Origin: Yuukianura sp. NJ FZ-2021
Lineage: Eukaryota
Assembly: GCA_046563655.1 (NCBI GenBank)
Contig: CM102287.1
Span: 6,820,001 to 6,884,000 of the forward strand
DNA: 64,000 nt
Direction of reading: 5' to 3'
Shown: piece after piece, positions 40,701 to 54,300 of the stretch
Layout: each line of letters begins with the position of its first letter
Position numbering within the stretch: the stretch's first letter is position 1
Position numbers and translations under genes: made by a program
Notes under the pieces: generated by a model
What the model was told of the DNA's origin: nothing
Database searches by the model: none
What the model saw: the letters and a program-made list of their open reading frames with translations, nothing else

Positions 40701-43700
40701 TAAAAAAATGTTACTCTTTGTTCTGGCGTCATCATAACGACGAAGCCTCATGCCGCAGCATGGGCTGGAACTTCTACTCTGGTGAAAGTAAATGTTAAGG
40801 CTACAGTCTTTTTTCAGAAGACAAAGGAGAAAGCTCTCCTCCTAAAGTTTCGTATTAATAATTTTGTGGTTGCGGATTAATCGGAGCTCCAACTGGCTCC
40901 AACTTTCCCCACTTTCACTCCCCCCTCTTCACTCCTCCACTTGCTCACATGCAATGCCTGAGCATTAGGCATGCAAAGCTTAAAGTTCATTTTTATCCAG
41001 GGACTCATCCCCTCTGCGACAGAAAACAAGACAGGCCAATCTCCTTTGGGCAGATTTACAGCTCCCCTCTTACAGCATTCCTCTCTTGTTCTCTTCAAAG
41101 TTTGTACAGAAGTGAAAGTAAAGTGAAGATGAGTCAGAAGTTGTCGTGTCTAGCGTGGCAGAAGAAGGTGAATGGCCTAATGCACCTCCCATTGTCTTCT
41201 GATTCAATTAACAACCCCCACTTTCACTTTTAGAACAAAAGAACACTGGAATCCATCGAGGGAGCAACAAATGAGTACAGAGGGGAGAAAGTCCACTCTC
41301 CACAGTCAATTCTCATCTGTTGAATTTTCAGAAATGACAGCAAGGAGGAGGGGAGAGAGCGTCAAGATGGAAATGCTAATGGAACTGTAACCACCCAAGC
41401 TCAAACACAATTACAACTTTTATATTCCAAAACTCAACTTCAATCAGCTCAACAACACTTCAACTTATTCATTCTTACTATAAATATTTGCTCTTACTTT
41501 CTCTCTTTCTAATTCAAAATCTCCCTACACAATCAAATTATTCAAACAAAAGTCAAACCAAAACCAATCCATTCCTCCATTTTCATTACTTTATTTTTTC
41601 ATTTACTTTCCAGTTTCTCCTGAAAGATTTTTTTGCTTTCTTTTTTGATGTTTTCTTTTGAGTTGTGTCGTGCAACAGGAAAATTATTTCCTAACTTTCC
41701 ATTCCCCTGCATCACGGAGAATCTCTCTCCCGAATTCATTGATGAAGAGACTGATTCAGAACACAGAGAAAGGGAAAACCATAATGAAAGAACGCACAGA
41801 AACATTCATTTCCTCCCATGCCTTCCTTTCACTACACAAGAAAAGCCTGTATAGCAATGAAGAAAGTTAGACAGAGGTATAGGTTTAAGGCTGAGTTAGG
41901 AGAAAGCTCCTGCGTGTCCCCACTGACCACTTTCTCTGTCTCTCTAGACTGTGCACAAAGCACTAAAGACTTCCAATTACCCAGGACAGCACATAGTTAT
42001 CGACAAACCAAACTGGATCTTCTCCATACTAACATTCCAGAGACATAAATAGACTCCTGCACCCACTTCCCCTGTGACAGAGAATATAAACAAGAAGAGA
42101 TCACTTAACACCCTCCTCCATAACACAAAGGAAATGATAATGAGGAGGGCAGAGGCCAACTCCCATTATCACCACACAGACTTAACTTTCCATAGTGCTA
42201 AGCACTGACTCAACAGATCTACACCAATTGATTACAACTTACTCCAACGTATAACCGTTCTCACAAAATTCTCTTTCTTCTTCTCCGCTACTTTAGATAG
42301 TACTGTTTACACCCAAACATGCACTATTTACTCATTCCAACCTAACCGAAGTATTATAATGCTCAAATGTATCACTCAACAGCTACCGCCTGATAAGCAG
42401 CTAATGTAACCAAACTTCTTTCAACACAGAGCGAAAAACAGCAACTGAAATTCAATATTACCATTTCAAAAAACATTGAAAAAATTCAACCCGCAACCCA
42501 AAATTTCTCCTTTTTGAAACAAGCAGATGCAAAATCAAATTTTACAACTGTGATTTTCCTCAACTTTTTTTGTCATACAAGAAATTAAAATTCAAAAAAC
42601 AAGAAAAGAGCAAAAAGCATGATCTTGTAAACTTAAAATCTTTTCGAGTGATAAAGTTAATCTCGTTTGGAGTTAAAAGGCAGTTAAACCTGATCTTAAG
42701 TTGTTAAGTGAGACTGCTCACGGTGCTCTGGTTGAACCATTTGCACAAGTCGTCTGGCCCTAATAAATTGTGTGTTGAGTAGATGGGCCAATAACTGTCA
42801 ACTCCCAATTCAAAAGACTTCAAATGAGGATCTTTCTTTTTGTGAATAGAGTGGAGAGCAGCTGGCAGAGGCCTTAAGGCCCTGCGTCCATGCTTACAAA
42901 GGGCTCTGGAACAATGGACAATGGGATCTAAGGGATCGCCTCCAGAAGAAAGGCATTCTGCCACCCCTATTCTTCTTCTTTTCTAAATAAGATACTTTGG
43001 ACAAGATCCGACAGCCAAAGGGATCTCTCCAACACAAATAGCAACCATATCACTCTTACCACCTTACAGTTATCTTCAAAGACTACGTTTTAACCTTAAC
43101 AAAAGAAAGGGAAAAGAATAGGGAAAAGTCCAATTCCAATTGCCCTTGGGGCCAAGGCCTCCGAATCCAGAGTTAGGTTAAAAACCTAACATACCCATGA
43201 AACCTAAAACTCAAAATCCAATCAACAAACAACCAAATAAATCCTCTACTCAAACACCCACCCAATCAGGAGATCATCAAACCAAATAAATCAAGAACCT
43301 AAGTTTTAAAATTTAGTTTCTAAATTCTAAAAAATAAGCTGGTGGTTACAACGGGTGGAGCTTTGGTTTACTTCAATTCTAAATAAATTCACCTAAATTT
43401 AGGACGACGATTCGATAACCCAGAATCCGAAACTGGAAGAGAAATGGGAAAAGTTTTCCTTTTGAGGACGCAAAAACTAAAAGTTTTTTAGCTTTTCTAC
43501 ATTCTAGAAGTGTAGTAACTCTTGTAACAAAATACGGCTAGTAGAGACTAAAACTAAAAAAAAGTAGTAACTAAAAGGGAGAGGCGTTCAATTAAAACTC
43601 ATTTGGAGTAACGGGAGAAACTGCTCATTCTAAATTATTCCTCAAAAAACAAACTTTCAACTCCACTTTCTCTTAGAATCGTTCTTAAAAAAAACCGAAA

Positions 43701-46700
43701 AAGTTCCTACTTTCATTTCTCCATTTAATTAAGTTCTTCACATACCTCCATCTTCAAAAGGAATCTAACTTCTCTTACTCAAACTCTGAGTAAGAGTAAA
43801 CAAAAGGACTTTTGAGAAAGAGAGTAGACAGATTTAAAGTGCTCTATTGAATTCCAATAAAAAACACAAAAGAGAAAAAAAAAGTTTGAATTTTGCCTCT
43901 CTTTTTCCTTAATTAAACTCCATTTACTTCCAACACTTTTTTAAAAGGTTCTCCCATGACTCTGCACATTCTTACTCCATTTTCACCAAGGTTCCTTCTT
44001 AAAAGTTGTTTTTACTCATCTCAATTGCATCTCGTGAGATGCATGGGGGCCCTAGAAGGGCCCCATAATTTTTCAAATCATCCCTTCAAGGGCTCTTCCA
44101 CCATTTCCTATAATAAATTTCTAAAATTTTGAACTCTAAATTCCCTAGGGACTTTCCTATCTCATCCACTATAAAATGCAGCAGCACTTTCAAAGCATCT
44201 TTCGGTGCAGCAGTAGTAGTGTTGTAGGCTCTTGGTTTTCACAAGAGCCAAGGAAGATGTGAAATCAATATCAAAGAGAGAAGAGCCTTTCTGCTCCCTA
44301 CAATTTCTTGTAAGGCGAGAAATTCCATTTTGGTGGAAAAAGAAAACGAAAACCTTTGAGGTTTTTTTTTTCGATTTGAGAGAAAAGTAAAACGTTGTGT
44401 TTAGGAATTCTGGGTGTGCAGTGCACCAGAATGCGGGTGCTCAATCCTTTTTATAGGATCTTTTGTTGTGCTTACTCTCGTTTGTTCAGACGTCTTACGA
44501 CAGACGAAGATGAAAAAAATGTTGAGCTTAGCTCCAAGGGAAAATGGACACATTCAAAAAACTAAATCTTCATAAACACTTCCTACTTCCAGCCAATTCT
44601 CTTACGTTTTAATCCAAATCTGGATTAGTCACATCTCTTCCACTCGCTTTTTCCTCATCTCCAAAATCTGTTTTTTAATTAAACTTTTGATCTCTGGAAA
44701 ATTCCGGTTCTAGAACACTCAAAATCTGTGTTTCAAATCACACCAACTTTAAGCCCGGCTCACACCATCAACTAAAAAATTGAATTGAAATCTGTTCTGC
44801 GTTCTTTTAATCCTGTTTTTCCAATCTGACCATCTCTGACTCACACTTTATTTCAAAATGCAAAATCCAAACTTCCAGTTTTCTAGTTTTTCGAGAGTTA
44901 GTATTCGTTTTGGCATTGACATTTGGACGGTTGTTGGGTAGATTTGAGTTGAAATTAAAAGTGATCCATCATTCTCCCCTCTCTCTGCCCTTCTGCCAAA
45001 ATCCCCATGTAGTAAGAGGTCCTTAAACCACTTCGTTTTTTCATAAAAACACAACTCAAAATGCAAATCCAAAGTAGAACGTGTGTTGGAGCCTAACCTT
45101 CTGCTCCCATGCATTCCCCCTTGAAACTCACCAAAAGTGATGGATAGTGAGACGTGATTGAGTGATTTTAAAAAAACGAGGAACCTTGTGTTATTTGAGT
45201 AGTTTTTGTAGTGAACAAGGTTGGAACTAATTGACAAGAGGTGTAATTAATTAGAATTAACAATTAGTACAAGTAGAGGCAATTACTAGATCATTCACAA
45301 CCCACTCACTACTCAGAAGTTGACCCATTTAAATACAGAGTGTTTCACTTTCAATAGGAACAAACTCCTTGCCCAGGGGAAGATGGCAGAGATAGCCAAT
45401 CTGAGTTACATCCATTATGTAATGTAACTCCACTTACATATTCTAATCACTCATCTACATTCTTACATTCAGAATTATACATTCAACTGAATAGGCAAAC
45501 AAAACACAAGGAAGTACACAGTGGTTCAAAAGTTTAGACTCATTTTTAATTCAAAAAATGACTCAAGAAATTCTTCAAAACAAAATGTTTTCGAAATGAA
45601 CCGCAATTTTTAATTTTTGGAATAAAGACATGACAGATTCCACTTTTTGAGACACCTTGTACTTCAAAACCAACGAAAAATTTTCTTACGAAACAAAGAA
45701 CCAAAAAACTAGTTTGACATTTTTTTGTTTTCCAAATCTCAAAATCAGCTCACAATGCAAAACATTTGCAAACCTTTTTTAGTGGGGACGCCTACGGATC
45801 CAGTTCACGTTTTTTTCTTTTCTTTTCAAATTCAAATTCCAAACAAGGTTCTACGAAAGATTATCTCTCCAACTAAAAAGTGACACTTTAGCTTAACTTG
45901 AAATGTTGGTTTTGTGTCCGTTCCAAACCGATTTTTCATTGGCAAGATTACTAAAAAGTTAGTTCACGCGCAATGATGCGTCTCGAGAATTCGCAGGGTG
46001 AGCACCCGAAGGTTTTAATGGTCATAGTCTCCACTTCCCATTTGAATTTCCGGGAGATCCAGTCCAATGACGCTTTGTTTCCAAAACTTCCTGGACCACA
46101 AGTCACATAAATTCCAAACTCCCTGGCACCCATAACCTCCTTTACAAGTGGATACTCTAAACCTCTGAAACAGCGGACTTTCACTTTTCCAGAACACGGC
46201 CTCTCTGTCCCATCCGCAAATAATGTAAAAACCACCACGAAATTCCTTCCTTCCAATTCCAAATGTCAACACTAATGACTTTGAAGTGGAACTTAGCCCC
46301 ACTTCTGCGGTGGCTCCAAAGTGTCAACGGTCACCTGCGCACTACTCACAATTTCAAACTTTCCGCGGCCTTGCACCGCCTTTCACTTCGCACTTTCTAG
46401 AAAACAGTTTGCTCCGGATGACAGACAGACTCTGCTCATTCATCTTCCGAAAAACTCTAAATCTTCCAGTTATTAAAAGTTTGTGCGAAATCCAGAATCC
46501 AGAGAAAAGAGAAGCTCAATTCCCACCTCGTCTCAATGAAAGTAAAAGTAAAAGTAAGACACGCATCATAAATCATCCGCACACGTTCACTTCAGGGAGA
46601 CAACTTCCAAAGTTACAACTACAGTACGATCCCCACACAAACTTCAACTTCTCCCGCCTTTCACTTTTCCTTCACAATCCTGAGCCCCTTTTGAGCCACG

Positions 46701-49700
46701 CTGTACATTTCCTAAACTCCCACCAGAAATCCATCTCAAAATCCTGAAAGTGGAACTGGAGAAAGTGGAGCATGGAAATCCAGGAAATTCAAGTCACTGT
46801 CCCTCAGGAAAACAATTTCCAACAATTGAGAAACAAGAAAGAAAGTCTTTAGAAACAGAAACAGTTTCTGTCGTCTTTCCTTTCATTTTCCCCAGTGACT
46901 GTTCCTTCTCTGCTCATCATCCTTCCAAACCCCCTTCATCTCTTGTCCAATGCAAAAGAGGAATGTTGGGCTGAAGGGCCCAGGCCCTTTTTCCATGTCT
47001 CTGCACGGCATCCCTGCAGCTCCAGAGTCATTTGTGAACAATGGGAGAGGTCAAGCCTATTCAACCACCTTCCAGCACCAACCTAACGTCAATGTAACCA
47101 TTTTCCAAAGTCCAAAATCCACAATCTCACCAGCATCTGAAGTCATTTTTTTTCAAAATGGACCTCCTCGAGTGCTCAACGACAGTAACACACCCACACC
47201 CTCAAATAACTATTACAACACACACATTTAAACACTATGCACAAGATCTACGTTCAGCCTAGTCTTTAACTTTAGTTTTAAAAATATGTTAAATATTTTA
47301 AAATGTTAAAAATTTCAGCAGCGCAATCTAATCTGCGTAGTAAAAAAAAAAAGTTCGGTGATAATTTTGAGAAAAAAATTCAGCGGCGAATTAAAGCAGC
47401 AAGGAAACTTAAAAATTAGTGAAAATTCAAAATTTGAATTTTCTTTAAGAAAATCAAGGAAAGCAATACAGTAGCATTCACAACTGAAAATGTCCAATCA
47501 TATCTGTTCCAATTTTAGCAAAATTTTAGAAAAGTGTAAAAACGTACCTTGATCTGCAGTCTTGTCAGATGCCAGCCACACAAATTAAAATTCTGATAAA
47601 ATTGTCAAAAAGTTTCGGTTTTCTGTCTTTGAGCAAGAAAATTCACACTAAAGTTTCACGTCACAACGGTGAAAGTAAGATGAAAACTGCTCTCACCAAC
47701 TTCAACGAAGTTTTTGCTCCTAAAGTTTAATATTTTAGTTTTCTGCTACTAACAAATTCATTCCAATTTCTTACTTTCTAGATTGCACACAAACTATTAG
47801 TTTTTCTAAATGTCTATTTTTTGTCCTTGTGCCTGGAATCGGTCTCTAAAATTCAAAATTTTCAAAAATGCTGAAAACGCTCAGTTTTTAGGTTGAAGAC
47901 TATTGAAACAGTGTTATTTGAAGTGGTAAATTTGGAGTAAGATCCTGCTCTGTTCCGTTTCTTTTGCTGACTGAGGAGGACGGTGGAGGGGAAATGGACG
48001 TTGCAGCTTCAAAACCAACTGCCAAGAATCCCTTCCAAGGCGCAACTCCAACATGTTCTAAACCAGTTTGTGACGAAGGCAGCAAGGAGGGAGCCCTTCC
48101 ACTGCCATTGAAACACTCCCGTGTCCCTCACTGTGTACAGAGACTTTAGCACTCTGGACAAAACTTCGTTTTCTCACAGAAAATGGCCAATTCACCTTCT
48201 CTCGAGTAAGCCCCATGCTGACTTTCCCTGATTGAATTTATTTACAACTAAAATTAGCATTGAATTCATCTAAACTCTGTTCCCTTCTCATGCTCACACA
48301 AGTGACAGCCTCTACTCTCAAGTTTTAGCAAAAATCTGTGAATGAGGAACCGGTTTGTGCACAATTACAACAAATAAGAGAAGAAGGAATCAATTGGAGT
48401 TCATGGGGTCATCCCAGGGTTCTGTGCTTAAGAACACATAAAACTGTTAGCATTTAAATCACATAAATAAGTGGCCATCAACAGAAATTATTACCAAACC
48501 AAATACCATATCATAAAAACCATTGTCATTCCCAGCTTCACAAATTACACATACAAAAACACGAAATAAACTGCTTTTGCAGATTTACTTACTCATACTA
48601 AAATCCTCTCAAACTTACAACGCTAAATAAATAAAAATGAAATATGAACAGAAAATTAAATAAAAATGAAAAAAATTCTGAACAAAATTTCACGAGAAAA
48701 GAAAATTTTTCTCCGAGCTTCGTTGTGTTGCTGGATGGACAAACCGTTTGTTCCACTCTCATCGAAAGTATACATCCGGATTATAATTGGTTTCAGCCAG
48801 ACAAAATCCAATTTCGTCCATGCCTTCACATTTCATCCGGATGAAATCTGGTACCAAGTGGACAAAATACTTAAAAAATTGGATATCCAGCAATTGTATA
48901 AAGCAAGTACAACTGACAATTCCGGCCGACTTCGATGGTTTTGGCTCACTGTGCATGCAGTAGTTGGAAAAAGAGTGCCCTTGAAGGGCCCTCATTAAGG
49001 TCGGGTGGAGTGTATTTTGATGTGTCTGATGTCTGATGCTTTTGGATGATGATCGTATCAGTAGTCGTTGCTCCAGCCTAAATGGCTGTTGGAAACCTGA
49101 TCCCAAGGGGTCATCCCTTATATTTTCTCCCGGCCCCTTTAAATACCAAGTTCTCAATGTCACCCAACACGAAAACTGAAAAGTGAACAGTTTCCCTTTC
49201 ACATCCATCCATCCGGAGACACCACTAATAATAAATCTCACTCTCCCTTTAACATGAAAAACTCCGAAAAATCAGGAAAAGTCAAAAATAGACCACGGCA
49301 TAAACCCCACTAAGGAGGGGGGTGACACTTGAAAAATTAAAATTTGATAAAACCCTCCACTTTTTCTTGCTTTTCCTTTCCCTCCATCTTTTAGCGCCGC
49401 CACAAAAGTGAGCTTTAGGATCTTGCAAGGGCTGTTTCAAGTGCCCCATTTCTCTCTACAGTCAAAACCTCCAAAATTCTTGGTAGTTTTTGTCACTTTG
49501 GTCCCCAGGGGGGTAGGTTCTGGAGTTTAAAGAGCCTGGATGTCCCTGGGGTGGGGCCAAAGGTGATTAAGCAAAGTAAAGAGCCCTGTCTTCCCTAATG
49601 ACAATGACAGAATCCATCCAATTAACCAGCACCAGAAGCTCCCTTCCTACCCGCAATCTCCTTCCAGAATCAATCAACTCGTCTTTAGCGCCTCTCCTTT

Positions 49701-50925
49701 TCAAAAACACTCGTTCAGAAAATATATGTGAGGTCCAAAGGTTGCAGGTCACAACTTTTTACATCCCCCATAAAATTATCGCACGTCCACAACAAAAATC
49801 ACGTCTCAATTTACAATCAGACTTCACACTCCAAAAGTCAATCCTCCAAGAAAAATAACTTTTCAAAAATCCCTAACTCATAAAACCATAAAAATCCAAA
49901 CCAAAAATTGTTTCCTGTCGTCACTGTCAATACAACTATAAGTTCCAAGGGCCTCAAAAACCATAAGCTCCCTTGCGCACATAAAATGCAAAACTTCGCA
50001 CCTCTTCTGAACATGTTCCGAAATAACGTTTCCATAATAAACATTCTAACTTTTACTCTGCCAAATGTTAGCCTCAATAAAGAAACTTTATAGAAAAGCC
50101 AAAAACAATTTTCACGAAGGGCCCCCTTGAAACAGTTCCAAACAAGGGCTCTCCTTGTCACGTCTGGTGACCATAACGTTTCCATCCCTACGTTTAAGGG
50201 TACCTTAGAATACAAAGGCAGCCGAATTGTTTAGTATTTTTGGACAAATGGGGGGTTGGTTAGGATAAGGTTAGGTTTGAAAGAAAGTTTGAAAAGGAAG
50301 GGATCTCGTTTGCTTGACAAATTGTGCAGACGGCTGAGATGTGAGTGACTTGAGGCCTGGAATAAAGGGGGGCCCTTCCGCTTCATTGAGTTCCCTTCTT
50401 CAGTGAAACTTATGGTGACTGATACCTTGAGGAGAGTTGGTTTGAAAGACAAGACACAAATTGATGCCTACTCTCTGTGTGCGTCTCTTGATCTCTCCAG
50501 CATCCCAGAGATGCTGGAGAAGATGAAGAAGAAGTGACTCAGCTTCCAGTCGACTCTCCATGATGAGAATTCTCTCCATTTCGTATTCACCTCTCGTCCA
50601 AACCCAAAAGGAACTCAATCATACAAAGGCAGAGGAACACGGACTCTGCTTCAAGCATTACTCACAAAGGACAACTTTTTACTTCTGCCCTATCCTGTAT
50701 GTGTTCAGAACTTCTCTTCGTGTTCCAAAAGAACACCAAAAGCAGCATAATTTTCCAAGGAGAGAGAATAATTTTGAAGAAGAATTGAAAGAGAATCAAA
50801 GACGAAAAAGCCGCCTGGCAGTGAATATAATCCAAAATCTGGGAGACCCCTTCAACCCCTTCTTCTATTTGGGTTTAGTCCTAAAATGGCTTCCAGAAAT
50901 GACTTATGAGTCCAACAGGAACTTA

Positions 50926-51318
50926 CCGTAGATTTCCAAATAGTACCCCCGGGCTACTAAATATTTCGACGACGTTTACTGGAAGTACCGTATTTTATCG
51001 CCTATAATACGCGTCTTATTAAGTTTTAGAAGGAAAACCAATTTTTTCGCTGAAAACTGACAATTTTTGTTAAGAATTTGTAGGAATTGTTAAATTAAAT
51101 GAATTAAACTCTACTTGAAACGGTTTCAATCTAATGTTAATTAACAAATTCGGTATTTTTGGCATGATTCTGGTTCGAACTAGCACGGTTCTTCATCTTC
51201 ATGCATGTATTTCCGAGAATTTCGGGATGCGTCTTATACGCGAGAGCGTCTTATACAGATAGCAGATAGGGTAGCATTTAGGACCAGGGTAGAGGGGTAC
51301 TTATTTGGAAATTTACGG
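50926..51318. mobile_element. CCGTA/TA MITE (outer) interrupted by a nested MITE
   Basis: TA|CCGTAGATTTCCAAATAGTACCCC ... GGGGTACTTATTTGGAAATTTACGG|TA. Confidence 0.75.
50988..51271. mobile_element. Tigger/pogo-like MITE (inner, nested)
   Basis: TA|CCGTATTTTATCGCCTATAATACGCG ... GCGTCTTATACGCGAGAGCGTCTTATACAGATAGCAGATAGGG|TA. The doubled GCGTCTTATA subterminal motif is typical of this class, and the right TIR is eroded. Confidence 0.65.
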
Positions 51319-54300
51319 TAAACTCCAAACCTGTTTCTCTCATTACCTAAAACCCACTTACACTTTTGAACTGGAAGTGGACAAAACAGAAATGAAGAAG
51401 AGAGGCCCTTAATAACCTCCCTTCCCTTATTTGTCCAAATGACAACCACCAGACTACCCTAGTCAATTCTACAGTTCAACCAACCAGAGGAAACTTCTAG
51501 ACAGGACACGGAACCCACTGGGTGGCCATCCAACTTCAACTTTAGAAAGCACGCAAGGGCCCCCTCTAGCCCCCCACCTTCCACATCAACATTCAGAATA
51601 AGTACTCCTCAAATTAGAAATCTACATTCAAATCTTGGCATTTTAACACAAATTAACATAACCTATTTAACACAAATTACAATTTACAAAAACCATTTTT
51701 GACATCCAACACTTCAAAGAATGTTGACTTACCCCCGTTCTACTTTCTCTTCAGCTTAAAAAACATGCTTTTCAATTCTACTAAAATTCTTGTGATTCCA
51801 AAAGTTGGAACCAGAAATGAGACTAAAGTTGACATTTTTTAATTTGGCGAATGGAGTTTGAAGTTGTAAAGTGCGCGGGAGCGGAAGTTGGATGTGAATT
51901 TATCACAAGTTCAAAGTGAATTTATTGGACCAAACTCCTTTCACTTTCTGCTTCGCTCAGCTTCACTTTCAAAATCCAAAATCCAGACACAAAGTAAAAC
52001 CCGGGTAGCAGCATCTGCTGCTGCTCTTTTCTGGATTTCCAAATCCATCCTCTTCCCTACTTTTCACTTTTGGCTACTAATGCTAATGAATGTTCCAAAA
52101 TCTGTCACCTAACCAACACTCTCTCTGGATCTCCTGGACATGGACTCAAGAGTATAAACTGGAAAACAAAACGTGTCTTATCCTTCGTCACGCAAACTTC
52201 CAACACTAGACCTCAACTTTAGAATTTTGGAAACCGCCACAATTCAAACGCCTTTTGTGTTCTCCGGATTAGAGCTCCATTCTGAATCATTAGCGTCGAA
52301 AACATCCAAAATCACGTCTACCTCCAAAAACTCAGACATGGAACTAAAGTTTTCAAAAACACGCCAAAAAGGAGAAAAACTGAAAATCCGATTCCGAAAA
52401 CTTCCAAACCGTGTGAAATTGAATTGAGCTTAAGTTTCAAAAACACTTTTAACAATGGAGCATGGAATCCAACACCTTTCCTTTCTCAAATGTTGAGCTG
52501 CTGACGCCAGTTTGGTGGAAAAAGCTGAGCTCCTAAAGAAGAAGAATGACTCGTTTTATTTTTATTGTTGAAGGCCAATCTTCTGATTCCTAACAACTTC
52601 CACTTAAAAATGGAAAGTGGAGTAGTAAAAATGAGAATAAAACAGGATTTGAATCTTCCCTCCATAAAGTTACTGGAGAAGTTGTGAATATTTTGGGAGA
52701 GAGTGGATCCAGTTCAAAGTCAAACTGCACGGAGGTACTTGTGCTTTTAAGTATTAGAATTTTTGTTGACTTTAGGATTTTGGAGAGAGTAAGCAGAAAA
52801 TGAGATTGGAGAAAGTAAAAAGGGAAAGTCGGAATAACTAAAATACTTTGAAATTTGTAGTCTCTGTTCAATTTATTAGCCTTGTCCCCTCTGCCTCTTC
52901 TTCCCACGCCGCCAGTTCGTCTTTTCTCTCTTCCTTCCACAATTCTTGTTAACAAATGCAAAGTATAAGGAAGAATCTAGAGAGGTCTAGCCACAAGGAA
53001 AGTTACTTTCTCCACAGATACCGCTTTCTCTTAGGTTAGGTTCCAACATCTTCCCATAAGACTTAGAAGTAGACAAGAAAACTTTTAGTTCCCTTTAGAA
53101 ATGAGTCCCACAAAAGAAAGTCAAAGTCAACTTTCTACTTTTCCCAAACTCCGAATTGTGGAAAGATTTCAATTGATTTGGAATTCAAACTCCCTCCAAT
53201 GACTTTTTACAACTCAAAGTCCATTCAAATTTTGCTCTTCCACTCCGCCGCATTTTAAATTCCATCGCTTTCAATCCGTTTTTAAAAAATTAATTCCAGT
53301 TCACATCGAAAAACGAAAGAAACAAAAGCTACAAAAATGGAATTTCGAAAGCTGCTTTCGTTTTTTTATATTTTTGTTTCGAAATCTGTGGAGTGTTTTA
53401 TGAGCTGCCGAGAATTACGTGAATCTGGAAAATGATGTAAGATTTGAGGCTGAATTTGAAAAAGTAATTTTTGGTTCACACGAAACGACAAAGGTAGTTT
53501 GAGGGAAATGTTGAAATGTATTTTTTGTAAGAAGTTGAATGTTTGTCATAAGAATTTCCATTACACTGAGAGTTGTAATTGGTCAATTAGAGTGAGCGCA
53601 GATGCTGTACTGCTGCCTTTTGCTCAGTTTCTTCCGCCTCACTGTCCGATTCCAAGTCAAATAAGAAACGATTTGGCCTAATGGACAGTGGTCTGTACCA
53701 ACATCAAAGGAAGAACAAAAACTAAGAGAGTCCTAATGCACCACATCATCCCAGATTTCATCTTTCCAAGAATCCAACCAGCTTCTGCCACTCCTCCGAC
53801 GGATAGAACCAATTTCGATAATCGAACACAAAGGAAATAAATGACAATAAACCAAACACAAGATCAAAATCCATCCACATCCATTAGAACGGCAGCCTCC
53901 AATTTCGACCACCACCATCATCCCGTCATCAACTTCCTCAAAAAATACCAAAATTTGATCAACTCCACTTCGCTCAACTGCAAAATACACAACATCCTAA
54001 ACTTTCTCCAAACAGAGATACAGAGATGAGAGAAAACTGAAAACAAAAGTCCGAAATGAAACCAATTGAAAATATTTGCATCGATTCAATGCCATTGAGG
54101 TGAGGAATTTACACACACAAAAATATTTTTGCAAATTATTTCCCCAAACCCGGAATTTTGAAAACTTTGAATTTTCTGAAAGCGTTCTGCACAACTTTAG
54201 GTTCAACCTAAAAACGACAACAGTTAAAATTAATCCAAAACAAAATTTTAGCGTAAACATTTCCCTCCAGACTCAAAACATTTCCTTCAGGATTCAATTT

